Of a stretch of 64,000 nucleotides of DNA, positions 52,368-62,304 are shown in pieces (position 1 is the first letter of the stretch; each line of letters begins with the position of its first letter). This DNA is from a bacterium (GTDB taxonomy: Bacteria > UBA8248). The stretch is from the NCBI GenBank assembly GCA_965204535.1, contig CBDBEV010000001.1, forward strand, positions 1,152,001 through 1,216,000, read 5' to 3'. Both the position numbers and the translations under genes were made by a program. Below the pieces are notes generated by a model. It was not told where the DNA came from. It did not search any database and worked only from the letters and a program-made list of their open reading frames with translations.

Positions 52368-53877
52368 GGGGCTGTTGAAAAACCCCGTTTTGAAGCGGGA
52401 TGTATGGTGGCTCACGCGGCCTGGGAGAGGAAGCCCAATCGGCGCGTGAGGCCGCGATATGCGCTCATTCGGCGTTTCCGGGCGGCCCAGGCCCGCCACA
52501 GAGCGAATAAACCCGCGGCCACAGCGGCGGCGAGCCGCTTGAGGTTCACCGCAGTCGCCGTCAGGTAGGCCTGGATCTTCACGTTCGCAAGACCCCGGCG
52601 CACCGCCCGCGCCAGTCCGTGCCGACTCTTCGCTTCGCCGTGGTAGCCCTCCGAGCGACCCATGTGGCGCCGCCACAGCCGGCCCTCCTCCTCCCCACGG
52701 CGCGCGTGGCGACGGCGCGCGCGCAACAGCGCCGGATACTCGTGCGGAATCAGAACCGCCCTGCTCGTGCGAGACGCCGACAGACAATCGGCCTTGAGCG
52801 CGCACCCCGCGCAATCGCGGGTCCTCGATACATACCAGCGCCCCCGCTCCGTCTCCTTCCGGGGGCGCAGCGTCTTGCCCCCCGGACACTTCACCACCTT
52901 GTGACGCTCGTCGTAGCGGAACAGCTGCAACGGCACCCGGCTCTGGGAAGGCTCCTTCTTCGCCGGTATCACCGCGTCCACCCCCCGACGCTCCAATGCG
53001 CCGTACACCTTCGAGTACGCATAGCCCGAATCCGCCGTCACCACCGCGGGCGCGCGCCCCGTGAGTTCGCAAACCGCATCCAGCTGCGGCTCCATCATCT
53101 CCCGCTCGTTCAACGTCCCCTCCGTCACCTCTACGTCGAGAACCACCCCCCGCTCATCGTCCACCACCGCGTGGTGCTTGTAGCTCGGCTCGAACCCCGC
53201 CCGAGCGCTCTTGCGCGCCAGACGCGCGTCGGGGTCCGTACGGCTCACCGGACCCGAACCCCCGCCCTTCTTCCCCGTCTCATCCGCCGAGTCGTTCTCC
53301 CGCACCACCTTCTCCGCGTGGCGCGCCGCCAGACTCTCCCAACTCACGTCCGCGCGTATCAAAGACGCGTCCATGTGAACCACTTCTCCCTTCGCCACCT
53401 TCGCCTCCACGCAAGACTGAACCGTGCGCCGAAATATCTCCTTGAACCGCTCCTCCCCCCAGCGTTGACGGATACGCGTCAGGCTCGAATGATCCGGCAA
53501 ATCCTCGTCCAGCCTGTACCCGATGAACCACCGGACCGCCAGATGCGCCTGCGCCTCGCGCAGCAGGCGGCGGTCCTCCGCGTAGCCCAGCAGCAGGCCC
53601 GCCAGCATCAACCGCACCACCACTTCCGGGTCGATCCCCGGTCGACCGTTGTCCGCGCAATAGCACTCCGCCACTTCCTCGCGAAGCCAACTCAAATCCA
53701 GTACGCGGTCCACCTGGCGCAATATGTGATCTTCGGGAATCAACTTCTCCAGCGGGCCGGCCACGAACAAGTCCATCTGCTCGCGCCTCTTGCGGTCCAA
53801 CATCTCCGGAACTCCCATCTCGGGCGAGGGGGAATACATCCATACGATCACAAAACCAGGGGTTTTTCAACAGCCCC
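52368..53877 (-). mobile_element. IS1182-family insertion sequence
   Basis: Perfect 19-bp TIR GGGGCTGTTGAAAAACCCC at both ends; CTCAA duplicated on both sides; single transposase ORF. Confidence 0.92.
52412..53803 (-). CDS. IS1182-family DDE transposase
   Basis: LIPEDH.L..VD, GRPGIDP, LPDHSSL, DAS, S.TDPDA, ADSGY, C..C.LK..C, E...GEAK, NLKRL; start MLDRK at 53803. Confidence 0.92.
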   Translation of the reverse strand: MLDRKRREQMDLFVAGPLEKLIPEDHILRQVDRVLDLSWLREEVAECYCADNGRPGIDPEVVVRLMLAGLLLGYAEDRRLLREAQAHLAVRWFIGYRLDEDLPDHSSLTRIRQRWGEERFKEIFRRTVQSCVEAKVAKGEVVHMDASLIRADVSWESLAARHAEKVVRENDSADETGKKGGGSGPVSRTDPDARLARKSARAGFEPSYKHHAVVDDERGVVLDVEVTEGTLNEREMMEPQLDAVCELTGRAPAVVTADSGYAYSKVYGALERRGVDAVIPAKKEPSQSRVPLQLFRYDERHKVVKCPGGKTLRPRKETERGRWYVSRTRDCAGCALKADCLSASRTSRAVLIPHEYPALLRARRRHARRGEEEGRLWRRHMGRSEGYHGEAKSRHGLARAVRRGLANVKIQAYLTATAVNLKRLAAAVAAGLFALWRAWAARKRRMSAYRGLTRRLGFLSQAA

Positions 53878-53919
53878 CTCAAGGGGGGAGTTGATTTCCT
53901 TTCTAGTAGGTCGGCAATA

Positions 53920-53990
53920 GTAGGGGCAGGTCGCGACCTGTCCCTGCAAAACCTGCTACCCTCGCTCATCAGGACATTTCCAACAGCCCC
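53920..53990. repeat. GTAG REP plus solo IS-like end
   Basis: GTAGGGGCAGGTCGCGACCTGTCCCT, then TTTCCAACAGCCCC. Confidence 0.65.
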
Positions 53991-54001
53991 GGTAACTCGC
54001 A

Positions 54002-55375
54002 TCAGGCGCCCGCCTCCTCTATCGACTCTCCCAGAACGCCAACCATCCAGCTAATCTCCTCGTTCGTTACGCAGTAAGGCGGCATCAGGACGACGACGTC
54101 GCCCAGGGGCCGCACGGCGAGGCCGCGTTTTCTCGCCGCCAGAATGACCGTGCGCCCTTTGCGCTCGGCGGGCGTGTAGGGTTCCTTCGTCTCCTTGTTC
54201 TTCAAAAGCTCGACGCCGACCATCCAGCCCAGGCCGCGAACTTCGCCCACGTGGGGTGAGTCTTTCAGATTTTCGAGTTCGCTCCACAGGTGGGCTATCT
54301 TCGCCTGATTGTTTTGAATCGTGTTTTCCCGCTCGAAAATATCGAGGTTCGCAAGCGCCGCGGCGCAGGCGAGCGGATTTCCCGTGTAGGAGTGACCGTG
54401 GAAGAACGTGCGGCCCGTCTCGGGCGGGCCGCGGAATGCGTCGAATATCTCATCGGTGGCGAGCGTCGCCGCCAGCGGCAGATAACCGCCCGTGATGCCC
54501 TTGGCGAGGCATAAAATATCGGGCGCCACGCCCTCGTGCTCGCAGGCGAACATGGGGCCGGTGCGTCCGAAACCGGTGGCCACTTCATCGGCGATGAGGA
54601 GTACGTCGTGCTCCGTGCACGCCTCGCGGATTTTACGGAGAAAGCCTGTCGGCTGCACGATGATTCCCGTCGCGCCCTGCACCATGGGTTCAACCACCAC
54701 GGCGGCGAGGTGGGGCGCGTGCTCCGCGATTTGATGCGCGATCTCATCGCCCGAGCAGACCGAACACGGCGGACGTTCGGCCCCCCTCGGGCACCAGAAG
54801 CAATAGGGCGCCTCCGCGCGCATGGTCTGGAAGAGAAGCGGCCCGAAGATGTGGTGGAACAAATCGATTCCGCCCAGAGACACCGCGCCGACCGTGTCGC
54901 CGTGATATGCCAGGCTGAGTGTGAGAAATCTGTCTTTCTCGGGCTTTGGGGTTTTTCTTTGCTTTTGGTACTGAAACGCCATCTTGAGGGCGATTTCCAC
55001 CGCCGTTGCGCCCGAGTCCGAATAGAAGACTCTGGCGAGGCCCGCGGGCGCGATATCGTTCAGCTTTTCGGCAAGCTCGATGGCGGCGGGGTTCGCCATG
55101 CCAAGCTGGGTGGTGTGGGCGATCCGCTCAAGCTGCGCGCGAACGGCCTGGTCGATTTCCTCTTTTCCGTGTCCGTGGATGTTCACCCACAAGGAGGAGA
55201 CGCCGTCCAGGTAGCGGTTACCCTCCACATCGATGAGATACGCCCCCTCGCCGCGCTCGACGATGAGCGGCGGGTCCTCATTCTCCCATTCGTCCATAGG
55301 GGTGAAGGGATGCCAGAGGTGTTTTCTGTCCGCGTCCGCGAGGCGGCGGAGGCGCCCCACTTCGTCGGCCCTCAT
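54002..55375 (-). CDS. bioA: Adenosylmethionine-8-amino-7-oxononanoate aminotransferase
   Basis: [65 protein letters not shown]. Confidence 0.93.
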   Translation of the reverse strand: MRADEVGRLRRLADADRKHLWHPFTPMDEWENEDPPLIVERGEGAYLIDVEGNRYLDGVSSLWVNIHGHGKEEIDQAVRAQLERIAHTTQLGMANPAAIELAEKLNDIAPAGLARVFYSDSGATAVEIALKMAFQYQKQRKTPKPEKDRFLTLSLAYHGDTVGAVSLGGIDLFHHIFGPLLFQTMRAEAPYCFWCPRGAERPPCSVCSGDEIAHQIAEHAPHLAAVVVEPMVQGATGIIVQPTGFLRKIREACTEHDVLLIADEVATGFGRTGPMFACEHEGVAPDILCLAKGITGGYLPLAATLATDEIFDAFRGPPETGRTFFHGHSYTGNPLACAAALANLDIFERENTIQNNQAKIAHLWSELENLKDSPHVGEVRGLGWMVGVELLKNKETKEPYTPAERKGRTVILAARKRGLAVRPLGDVVVLMPPYCVTNEEISWMVGVLGESIEEAGA

Positions 55376-56151
55376 GCGGGGTGTTCGGCGAGGATGACGG
55401 TTTCCTGCTCGTCGAATACGAACTCGCCGTCCTCCTCGCGCGGATCGAGCCAGTAGGATATCGCGGGCGAGGCGTCTTCGAGATAGGCGCGGAGCGCCGC
55501 CTTGTCATCGTCCGTCAGGTGGGGACGCCGTACCCAGTTTTCAAACACCATCTTCTTCCTGAGTGTCTCCGAATAGAGGACGCGGAAGCCGGCGGTTTCG
55601 AGCATCTCCACCAGGTCGGGCAGGCTGTCGCAGCGGTTGTGGCTCGGGTCGCGCAGACGCTCGAAATCGTTGTAGCTATCGAGTTCTTTGGGCTCTTCGG
55701 GCGCGATGTTGTCGATATAGACGAGCTTGCCGCCCGGTTTCAGGACGCGGAACATCTCGCGCATCGACGCCTGGACGTCCGGGAAATGATGGGGCGCGAT
55801 GCGCACCGAGACCGAATCGAGCGCGCCCGTCTGAACAGCGATGTTCTCGGCGTCGGTTCTGAGGTAGGAGACGTTCCCGATTCCCTTCTCTTGCCCCAGC
55901 CTGCGCGCGGAGTCGAGCATGCCGGCGGTCAGGTCGCTCGCGACCACGTGGCGGCACCCTTCCGCCATCTGGTAGGCCGTGTGGCCCGCGCCCGTGGCGA
56001 CGTCGAGATGGACGCCGCCGCTCGGGTTCAGCACCTCGGCCGAGCGCGCGAGGGAACTGCTCCGCGCGTGCGGCGCGCTGGTGACGTAGTAGTCCGAATC
56101 CTGGTTGTAAATCTTCTGTACGGCCTCTCGCTGCTCCCTGGACGTGTCCAT
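55372..56151 (-). CDS. Class I SAM-dependent methyltransferase
   Basis: LDVATGAGHT, R.APHHF, RVLKPGG, RDPSH; GAGGAG RBS; 4-nt overlap with bioA. Confidence 0.85.
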   Translation of the reverse strand: MDTSREQREAVQKIYNQDSDYYVTSAPHARSSSLARSAEVLNPSGGVHLDVATGAGHTAYQMAEGCRHVVASDLTAGMLDSARRLGQEKGIGNVSYLRTDAENIAVQTGALDSVSVRIAPHHFPDVQASMREMFRVLKPGGKLVYIDNIAPEEPKELDSYNDFERLRDPSHNRCDSLPDLVEMLETAGFRVLYSETLRKKMVFENWVRRPHLTDDDKAALRAYLEDASPAISYWLDPREEDGEFVFDEQETVILAEHPA

Positions 56152-56276
56152 GCGGCTCCTCAATGAGAACTGGAATATCGGCTTGCGGGGGGAGTATTTC
56201 CCGAAAATCGGTTTCGGGGCAAGCGCCCGGGGGATTGAACGCGACCGATGAGGGAGTGTTCGACGAGACTGAAGAA

Positions 56277-56575
56277 GGGCTGTTGAAAAAGTCCACAGGT
56301 TCACAGAAGGAGCGCGCTAGATTTCACTCCCCCCTTGAGGGGGAGTCGAAGAGCTAAGGGCGCAAGCCCGCAAGCGATTCGGTGGGGGGTATAATTCGGA
56401 CTGGCGATAAAACGCATTTTACCCCCCACCGATTCAGCCTTCGCACAAACCGCTCGGCTTCATCGTCGAGCTTTCCCCTCGGGAAGCTCGACCCTCAAGG
56501 GGGGAGTTGATTTGAAATTCTCTTTGGTGAAGAGAGATCTCCATAGGTGACGTGCATCAGTTTTCCAACAACCCC
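56277..56575. mobile_element. MITE-like element with IS1182-type ends enclosing a REPIN
   Basis: Left GGGCTGTTGAAAAAGTCC, right AGTTTTCCAACAACCCC; inner 56323-56510 is the reverse complement of 3168-3335. Confidence 0.7.
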
Positions 56576-56681
56576 TCCTCGGTCGGTTTTGACCCCCACC
56601 GGTCCGCTTGCGGGCTTGCGCCGGAATGACGAGCAAAAGCAAGTGTTGACCAAATCGTGTGATGAGGAGTGATAAAATCGT

Positions 56682-58010
56682 CTAAAAATCCGCGTCTTCG
56701 GCGCCCGGAATCCTGAGAGAGCGGAAATGGCCCTCCAGCCCGCCTAGCGGGGCCGTGGCGTCCAGGCCCATCTTCGCCGTGACGCCATCCTCGGCCGATG
56801 GGTCGAGGCGGCTGCCCCACGCGCCGGGAACGACGAACAAATCCTTATCCGCCTGAAAGCGCGTCGCCAGTGCCCAATCGACCTGCGCCGGGTTGTGGAT
56901 GTCGATGTCGTGGTCCACGCAGATGGCGTGCTTGACGTCGTAATGCGCGGCGAGCGCCGCCATTAGCGCGCTTTTCGCTTCTCCCTTGTTGGTCTTTCGT
57001 ATCTGGATGGCGCAGTGAAAACGGCCTGAGCCTGAGAGGGGGAGCACGACGTTCGTGACGGCGGGGACCGCTTTCTGGAGGTCTCGCAGGAGTCCCGCCT
57101 CCCTCGGCACCGCGCCCATCAGCAGGTGATCGTAGCCCGCCGCCACGATGGAATAGAAAACGGGTTCCTCGCGCATGGCGATGGATTTCACCCGGAAGAC
57201 CTCGCGCTCCGCCGCCGGGCTGTAGTAGCGCGGAAACTCGCCGAAGGGCCCCTCGCGCCTGCGCTCATCCGGCGGAATTTCTCCCTCGATCACGATTTCA
57301 GCACCCGCGGGCACGGGAATCCCCGACCAGGGGGCGGGGGCGACGTCCACGGCGCGGCCCTTGAGCCCGCCCGCCGCTTCGAGTTCATCCTCTCCCGGCG
57401 CGAGGACGAGCTGGCTCGCCATCAGGAGCAATGGGTCGAGACCCACGCAGACGGCCGCTTTGAGGGGTTCCCCGCGCTCGCCGGCGCGCCGTATCATCCC
57501 CTTCAGGTGGCGCGGCAGGACGAGTAGGCCGAACAGGTCGGGTTCCAGGGCGTGCATCCTGTGGATCGATACGTTGCCCGCGCCCGAATCAGGGTCATGC
57601 GCGATGAAGACGCCGGCGGAGATGTAGGGGCCGCCGTCCAGTTCATGGTAGATGGGCAGGGGGAGAATTTTCCGGACGTCGATATCTTTCGTGATGACGT
57701 TGTGGAGAAACGGCGCATCAGCAACCGCGTTCGGCTTTATCTTGATTTCCTGTCTGCGCTGCACTTCGCGGAGCAACTCCCCAGGCGCGACCCCCATGGC
57801 GTCCGCGTACCAATCTCTTTTGCAGGCGATGTTGGCGGCGACGGGCATCGGCGCGCCGTCGGTGCGCTCGAAAAGGAGAGCGTTTCGCCCATCCGCTTTC
57901 TGGGAGAGCGCGGCGAGTTCATGGCGGAGCGATACGCTGCGCGATACGCGCTTGATCGATCCCCGCTCTTCGAGGCGTGCGAGCCAGCTTTTGAGATCGT
58001 GAGTGTTCAT
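56682..58010 (-). CDS. UbiD-family (prenyl-FMN) decarboxylase
   Basis: DGGPYIS, SIHR, AEIVIEG, EGPFGEF..YY, VD.DIDI...V.WA..TR, KMGLDAT. Confidence 0.92.
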   Translation of the reverse strand: MNTHDLKSWLARLEERGSIKRVSRSVSLRHELAALSQKADGRNALLFERTDGAPMPVAANIACKRDWYADAMGVAPGELLREVQRRQEIKIKPNAVADAPFLHNVITKDIDVRKILPLPIYHELDGGPYISAGVFIAHDPDSGAGNVSIHRMHALEPDLFGLLVLPRHLKGMIRRAGERGEPLKAAVCVGLDPLLLMASQLVLAPGEDELEAAGGLKGRAVDVAPAPWSGIPVPAGAEIVIEGEIPPDERRREGPFGEFPRYYSPAAEREVFRVKSIAMREEPVFYSIVAAGYDHLLMGAVPREAGLLRDLQKAVPAVTNVVLPLSGSGRFHCAIQIRKTNKGEAKSALMAALAAHYDVKHAICVDHDIDIHNPAQVDWALATRFQADKDLFVVPGAWGSRLDPSAEDGVTAKMGLDATAPLGGLEGHFRSLRIPGAEDADF

Positions 58011-58074
58011 GCGCGTATGATGGCAAATGGGGCGGAGAGCGTCAAAAGCGCAGAGGCGGGGCGCGCCGCTTTGG

Positions 58075-58962
58075 TTACGTCATCAGGGTTTCTCGCAGCA
58101 TGGCGAGGTAATCGCCCGCGTAGGGGGGGAGGTAGACGTCGTTTCGCCGGAACAGGCCGATGCGCTTTTTCCCGAACAGGTGGGATAAGTTGATGGTTCG
58201 CCATCCGGTTGCGGTCTCGGGCCGGGGCCAGAGCGCGTTGACGATAGCGATGCCCGCCCCGTTCAGCACGGCCTCGTTGATCAGGGTGTAGGAGGACGTC
58301 TCGAAGACGACGTTGATGGACAATCCCTGCTTCTCGAAGGTTTGTTCGATATGCTGGCGATCCGCCGTGCCGCGTTCGAGCAGGATGAGCGGATGCGCCG
58401 CGATGCTCTCGAGAGTGATTTTCTTCTCCTTCAGGGTGGCGTGCCCCTCGGGACAGAAGAGGAGATAGTCGGTCTCCGTCCACTCGTCGAAGGAGAAATT
58501 CCCCCGCGCCTCGGGCGCCGAGCCGAAGGCGAAATCGACGGCGCCTTCCGAGACGTGTTCGAGCAGATTCGTCCAGTTCCGCTCCAGCACGGAAATCTGT
58601 ACGTTCGGGTAGCGTTCGCGAAACCTGAGGAACGCGGCCCGGTGGCCCTTCAGGATCAGCATGGGGGCGGCCTCCGCCACGACGAGCCGCCCGTGCGTCT
58701 CCCCGCGCAGGTGCCGCTCGACCGTATCGAGGGACTCGAAAAAAGGCTTGACGGCGTCGAAGAGGTATTCGCCGCTCGGCGTCAACTGAAACCTGCGGCC
58801 GACGATCCGGTAGAGCTTCACCTGGAGGTCCGCTTCGAGCGCCTTCACCCGGATGCTCAGGGCGGGCTGCTGGATGGAGAAGGGCAGTTGCCTCGCCGCA
58901 CGGGTGAAGCCGCCGTGTTTCGCCACGTAGTAGAAGTATTCGAGCTGCCTTAAATTCAACAT
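58075..58962 (-). CDS. LysR-family transcriptional regulator
   Basis: LRQLEYF..VA..GGFTRAA...QPALS..VK.LE HTH; substrate-binding domain. Confidence 0.93.
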   Translation of the reverse strand: MLNLRQLEYFYYVAKHGGFTRAARQLPFSIQQPALSIRVKALEADLQVKLYRIVGRRFQLTPSGEYLFDAVKPFFESLDTVERHLRGETHGRLVVAEAAPMLILKGHRAAFLRFRERYPNVQISVLERNWTNLLEHVSEGAVDFAFGSAPEARGNFSFDEWTETDYLLFCPEGHATLKEKKITLESIAAHPLILLERGTADRQHIEQTFEKQGLSINVVFETSSYTLINEAVLNGAGIAIVNALWPRPETATGWRTINLSHLFGKKRIGLFRRNDVYLPPYAGDYLAMLRETLMT

Positions 58963-59275
58963 GAAAACCTCATGAAACCATTCGCCGAGGTGCCGGTCGT
59001 TTTATTATGGATTTTTATGCTCCCCCGTTATGCTGGGCAGACCTGTTTCGTCAGATATCTTCTGGATATCGGGTGAAAACAGAAAAATGACCTTCCAATG
59101 CGCGATGGAATTATATGGAATATCCATTAAATAATTCAATAGATTCGATTCTTCTTTTCCCCGTTGCGATTCCGGTGTCTTGGGTTTAATCTGTGAATGG
59201 GGACTTCTATTTTTCGACTGCCGATACGAGAGTTTCAGCGTGTTGCGGGCGAGGGGAATCCTTGCCTGCGGCCTG

Positions 59276-60241
59276 ATGGAGAAAAACGTGACGCAAGACT
59301 ATCTTTCGCTCCGGGAACAGACCCAGTCTCGGGACCGCAGCCTGAGAGACAAGGTGATGACGCTCGAGGAGGCGTGCGAGTTCGTGAACGACGGCGAGCA
59401 CGTCAGCCTGGGCGGCTCCACGGCCTCGAGAACCCCCTTCGCCATGGTGTGGGCGCTGATACGCGCGAGGAAGAAGAACCTCTCCTTCTCGCGCAGCATC
59501 GTCTCCACCGAGGGCGACCTCATCTTCGCCTCGGGGATCGGGAATCACATTCTCACGAGCTGGTTCAGCCAGGGGATCGTCTGGGGCGTCTCGCGCGTCA
59601 TGCGGCATTTCACCGAGAACAGGCTGGCGCGTTTCGAGGAGTGGAGCCACATGTCCATCGGCCTGCGCTACCGGGCGGGCGCGATGGGCGTTCCGTTCAT
59701 GCCGATGCGCTCGATGATGGGCTCCGACGTGGCGGGGCAGCTCGATAACCTCGAAGAGATGACCTGCCCGTTCACGGGCGAGAAAATCCTCCTCGTCCCG
59801 GCCCTGAACCCAGACGTCGCGCTGATTCACGTGCAAAGGTGCGACCCCTACGGCAACGCGCAACTCGACGGCCTGACGTTTATGGATATCGACATGGCGA
59901 TGGCGGCGAACCGCGTCATCATCACGGCCGAGCGCATCATCTCGAACGATCAGATCCGCAGAAGGCCCGACCGGACGAGAATCCCCTTCTTCACCGTCGA
60001 CGCGGTGGTGGAGGCGCCCTACGGCTGCGCGCCGCATGAATGCTTCGGCGTCTATGAGCCATTGTTCTCGCACATGGACTATTACGCCGAACTCACGAGA
60101 AAAGAGCCGATGGAGGGCGTGAAGGCGTATCTGGATGAATACTTCTACGCGCCGGAGAACTGGACGGAGTATCTGAATCTCATCGGCCTGGATAAGCTGC
60201 TGGATGCGGCCCGCAGGGGGAGGAGCATTTATGACGATTGA
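59276..60241 (+). CDS. Family I CoA-transferase subunit A (GctA/CatI-like)
   Basis: V.DG...GG...R.P.A, EEWSH, AGAMGVPF, GSD, PDVALIHVQ..D..GN. Confidence 0.88.
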   Translation: MEKNVTQDYLSLREQTQSRDRSLRDKVMTLEEACEFVNDGEHVSLGGSTASRTPFAMVWALIRARKKNLSFSRSIVSTEGDLIFASGIGNHILTSWFSQGIVWGVSRVMRHFTENRLARFEEWSHMSIGLRYRAGAMGVPFMPMRSMMGSDVAGQLDNLEEMTCPFTGEKILLVPALNPDVALIHVQRCDPYGNAQLDGLTFMDIDMAMAANRVIITAERIISNDQIRRRPDRTRIPFFTVDAVVEAPYGCAPHECFGVYEPLFSHMDYYAELTRKEPMEGVKAYLDEYFYAPENWTEYLNLIGLDKLLDAARRGRSIYDD

Positions 60242-61004
60242 GGCGAAAGACTTCACGGCGTCGGAGCTTTTGTGCGTCATGAGCGCCCGCGCGCTCGAGG
60301 ACGGCCAGGTGGTATTCGCCGGCGTGGGGATTCCGCTTCTGGCCGCCACGCTGGCCCAGCGTCTCCATGCCCCGGGCGTGACGATTCTCTTCGAGGGCGG
60401 CACTATCGGCCCGCACGTCGTGCCCGGCCAGCTTCCGCCCACCACGAACGAGCAGCGCTGCACGCGCAAGGCGAACATGCTGGTGAGCATCACCGAGGTG
60501 CTGCTCCTGCTTCAGCGCGGCTACGTGGACGTGGGCTTCATGGGAGGTGCCCAGATCGATCAGTACGGCAACCTGAACAGCTCCTTCATCGGGAGCGCGG
60601 ACGACCCGTCCGTGCGGCTGCCCGGCACGGGCGGGGGGAACGACATCTCGAGCCTCACCAGGATGATCGTGGCGATGCCGCAGGAAAAGCGCCGCTTCGT
60701 GGAGAACGTGGATTTCATCACCAGTCCCGGCTACGTCAGGGGCGGAACATCGAGGCGCGATTCGGGCCTGATAGCCGGCGGCATGTACCGCGTGGTCACA
60801 GACTTGGCGATTCTGGGGTTCGACGATGAGACGGGCCGGATGCGCGTCGAGGCCCTGCATCCGGGCGTTACCCCCGAGCAGGCGCAGGAGAACACGGGTT
60901 TCGAGTTGATCATCGATTCCTCCGTTTCGACCACCGAACCGCCCACGGAAGAGGAACTGGCCGCGCTTCGCCATCTGGATCCGGACAAGGTCTACACCGC
61001 ATAA
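60231..61004 (+). CDS. Family I CoA-transferase subunit B (GctB/CatJ-like)
   Basis: FAGVGIP, FEGG (catalytic Glu position), GGAQID.YGNLN, RLPGTGGGND, DFITSPG, LHPGV. Confidence 0.9.
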   Translation: MTIEAKDFTASELLCVMSARALEDGQVVFAGVGIPLLAATLAQRLHAPGVTILFEGGTIGPHVVPGQLPPTTNEQRCTRKANMLVSITEVLLLLQRGYVDVGFMGGAQIDQYGNLNSSFIGSADDPSVRLPGTGGGNDISSLTRMIVAMPQEKRRFVENVDFITSPGYVRGGTSRRDSGLIAGGMYRVVTDLAILGFDDETGRMRVEALHPGVTPEQAQENTGFELIIDSSVSTTEPPTEEELAALRHLDPDKVYTA

Positions 61005-61019
61005 TCACATGGAGTTGTC

Positions 61020-62288
61020 ATGAGCGCCGAGCAAAGAGAAAAAATTCTGGCCCAGGTCGACGCCCACCGCGACGAGATCGTCGCCCTGCTCACCAGACTC
61101 GTCCAGATACCGAGCGTGACGGGCGATGAGGGAGAGATTCAGGGCTACGTCGCGGACTACCTCCGTGAGATGAATCTCGAGGTGGATGTCTGGGAATCGG
61201 ATTGGGAGGAACTCAAAAAACACCCCGAGTACGTGCCCGTCACGAGGGGCTATGAGGGCAGGCCGAACGTGGTCGCCGTGCTCAAGGGCTCGGGCGGAGG
61301 CAGGTCGCTCCTGATGAACGGCCACACCGACACCGTCCCGAACGGCCCGCCCGACGCCTGGGAGCATGGGCCGCTCTCCGCGGACATCGAGGACGGCCGC
61401 CTCTACGGGCGCGGCGCCTCGGACATGAAGAGCGGGGTGGCCGCCATCATCATGGCGGCCAAATGCTTCATGGCGGCGGGCCTCAGGCTCAGGGGCGACG
61501 TGATTCTCGATTTCGTCGTGGATGAGGAGTTGAGCGGTCACGGTACGCTCGACACCATTTTGCGCGGCTACACGGCGGACGCGGGTATTTGCTGCGAGAC
61601 GAGCGGCAACGCCATCCAGCCCGGCTGCATCGGCAGAATCTGGTTCGAGATACTCGTGCGCGGGAAGGCGGCGGGCATCCAGCGGAGGTATCAGGGCGTG
61701 AACGCCATCGACCTGGGCTACAAGATCGTCCAGGCGGTGGCCGATCTCGAGAAAAAACGACTGGAGACGGTGTCCCATCCGCTCTATCCCAGGATCATCG
61801 ACGCAATCCCCTGCATGGTCGGCTCGATGGAGGCCGGGAGCTTCCCGAGCGCCTTCCCGGATACCTGCGTGCTCAAGGGGAGTCTCGCCACCGTGCCCGG
61901 CGAGGATCACGACGCGGCCAAGCAGAGCCTGGTGGATCAGGTGGCGCAGGCAGCACAGGATGATCCCTGGATGAAGGATCAACCGCCTGAGGTGCGTTTC
62001 GTGGGGTATTACGCCGAATCGGCCGCGGTCGACGCCGATCACCCGATCGTCAAGACGGTGGCGAACGCCTACCAGGAAGTATCGGGCAATACCCCCGAGA
62101 TATCCGGGCGCCAGGGAGCGGCCGACACGCGCTTTCTGAACGGTTTCGCCGGCATCCCGACGGTGATCTTCGGCCCCGGTCCCACCACCCAGATGCACGC
62201 GAACAACGAATGGGTGGCCGTGGAAGACGTGATCGACGCGACGAAAACGCTGGCGCTCTCCATCCTGGACTGGTGCGGAGCGGACTAA
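61020..62288 (+). CDS. M20/ArgE-DapE family amidohydrolase
   Basis: NGHTDTV, GRGASDMKSG, DEE, CE, GPG...H..NE. Confidence 0.92.
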   Translation: MSAEQREKILAQVDAHRDEIVALLTRLVQIPSVTGDEGEIQGYVADYLREMNLEVDVWESDWEELKKHPEYVPVTRGYEGRPNVVAVLKGSGGGRSLLMNGHTDTVPNGPPDAWEHGPLSADIEDGRLYGRGASDMKSGVAAIIMAAKCFMAAGLRLRGDVILDFVVDEELSGHGTLDTILRGYTADAGICCETSGNAIQPGCIGRIWFEILVRGKAAGIQRRYQGVNAIDLGYKIVQAVADLEKKRLETVSHPLYPRIIDAIPCMVGSMEAGSFPSAFPDTCVLKGSLATVPGEDHDAAKQSLVDQVAQAAQDDPWMKDQPPEVRFVGYYAESAAVDADHPIVKTVANAYQEVSGNTPEISGRQGAADTRFLNGFAGIPTVIFGPGPTTQMHANNEWVAVEDVIDATKTLALSILDWCGAD

Positions 62289-62304
62289 TACCGAGGAAAT
62301 CGAC

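Noticed and set aside
58963-59275. Specific LysR operator call (for example ATGGA-ATA-TCCAT near 59115)
   Set aside because: The AT-rich region offers several T-N11-A candidates and none can be singled out from sequence alone.
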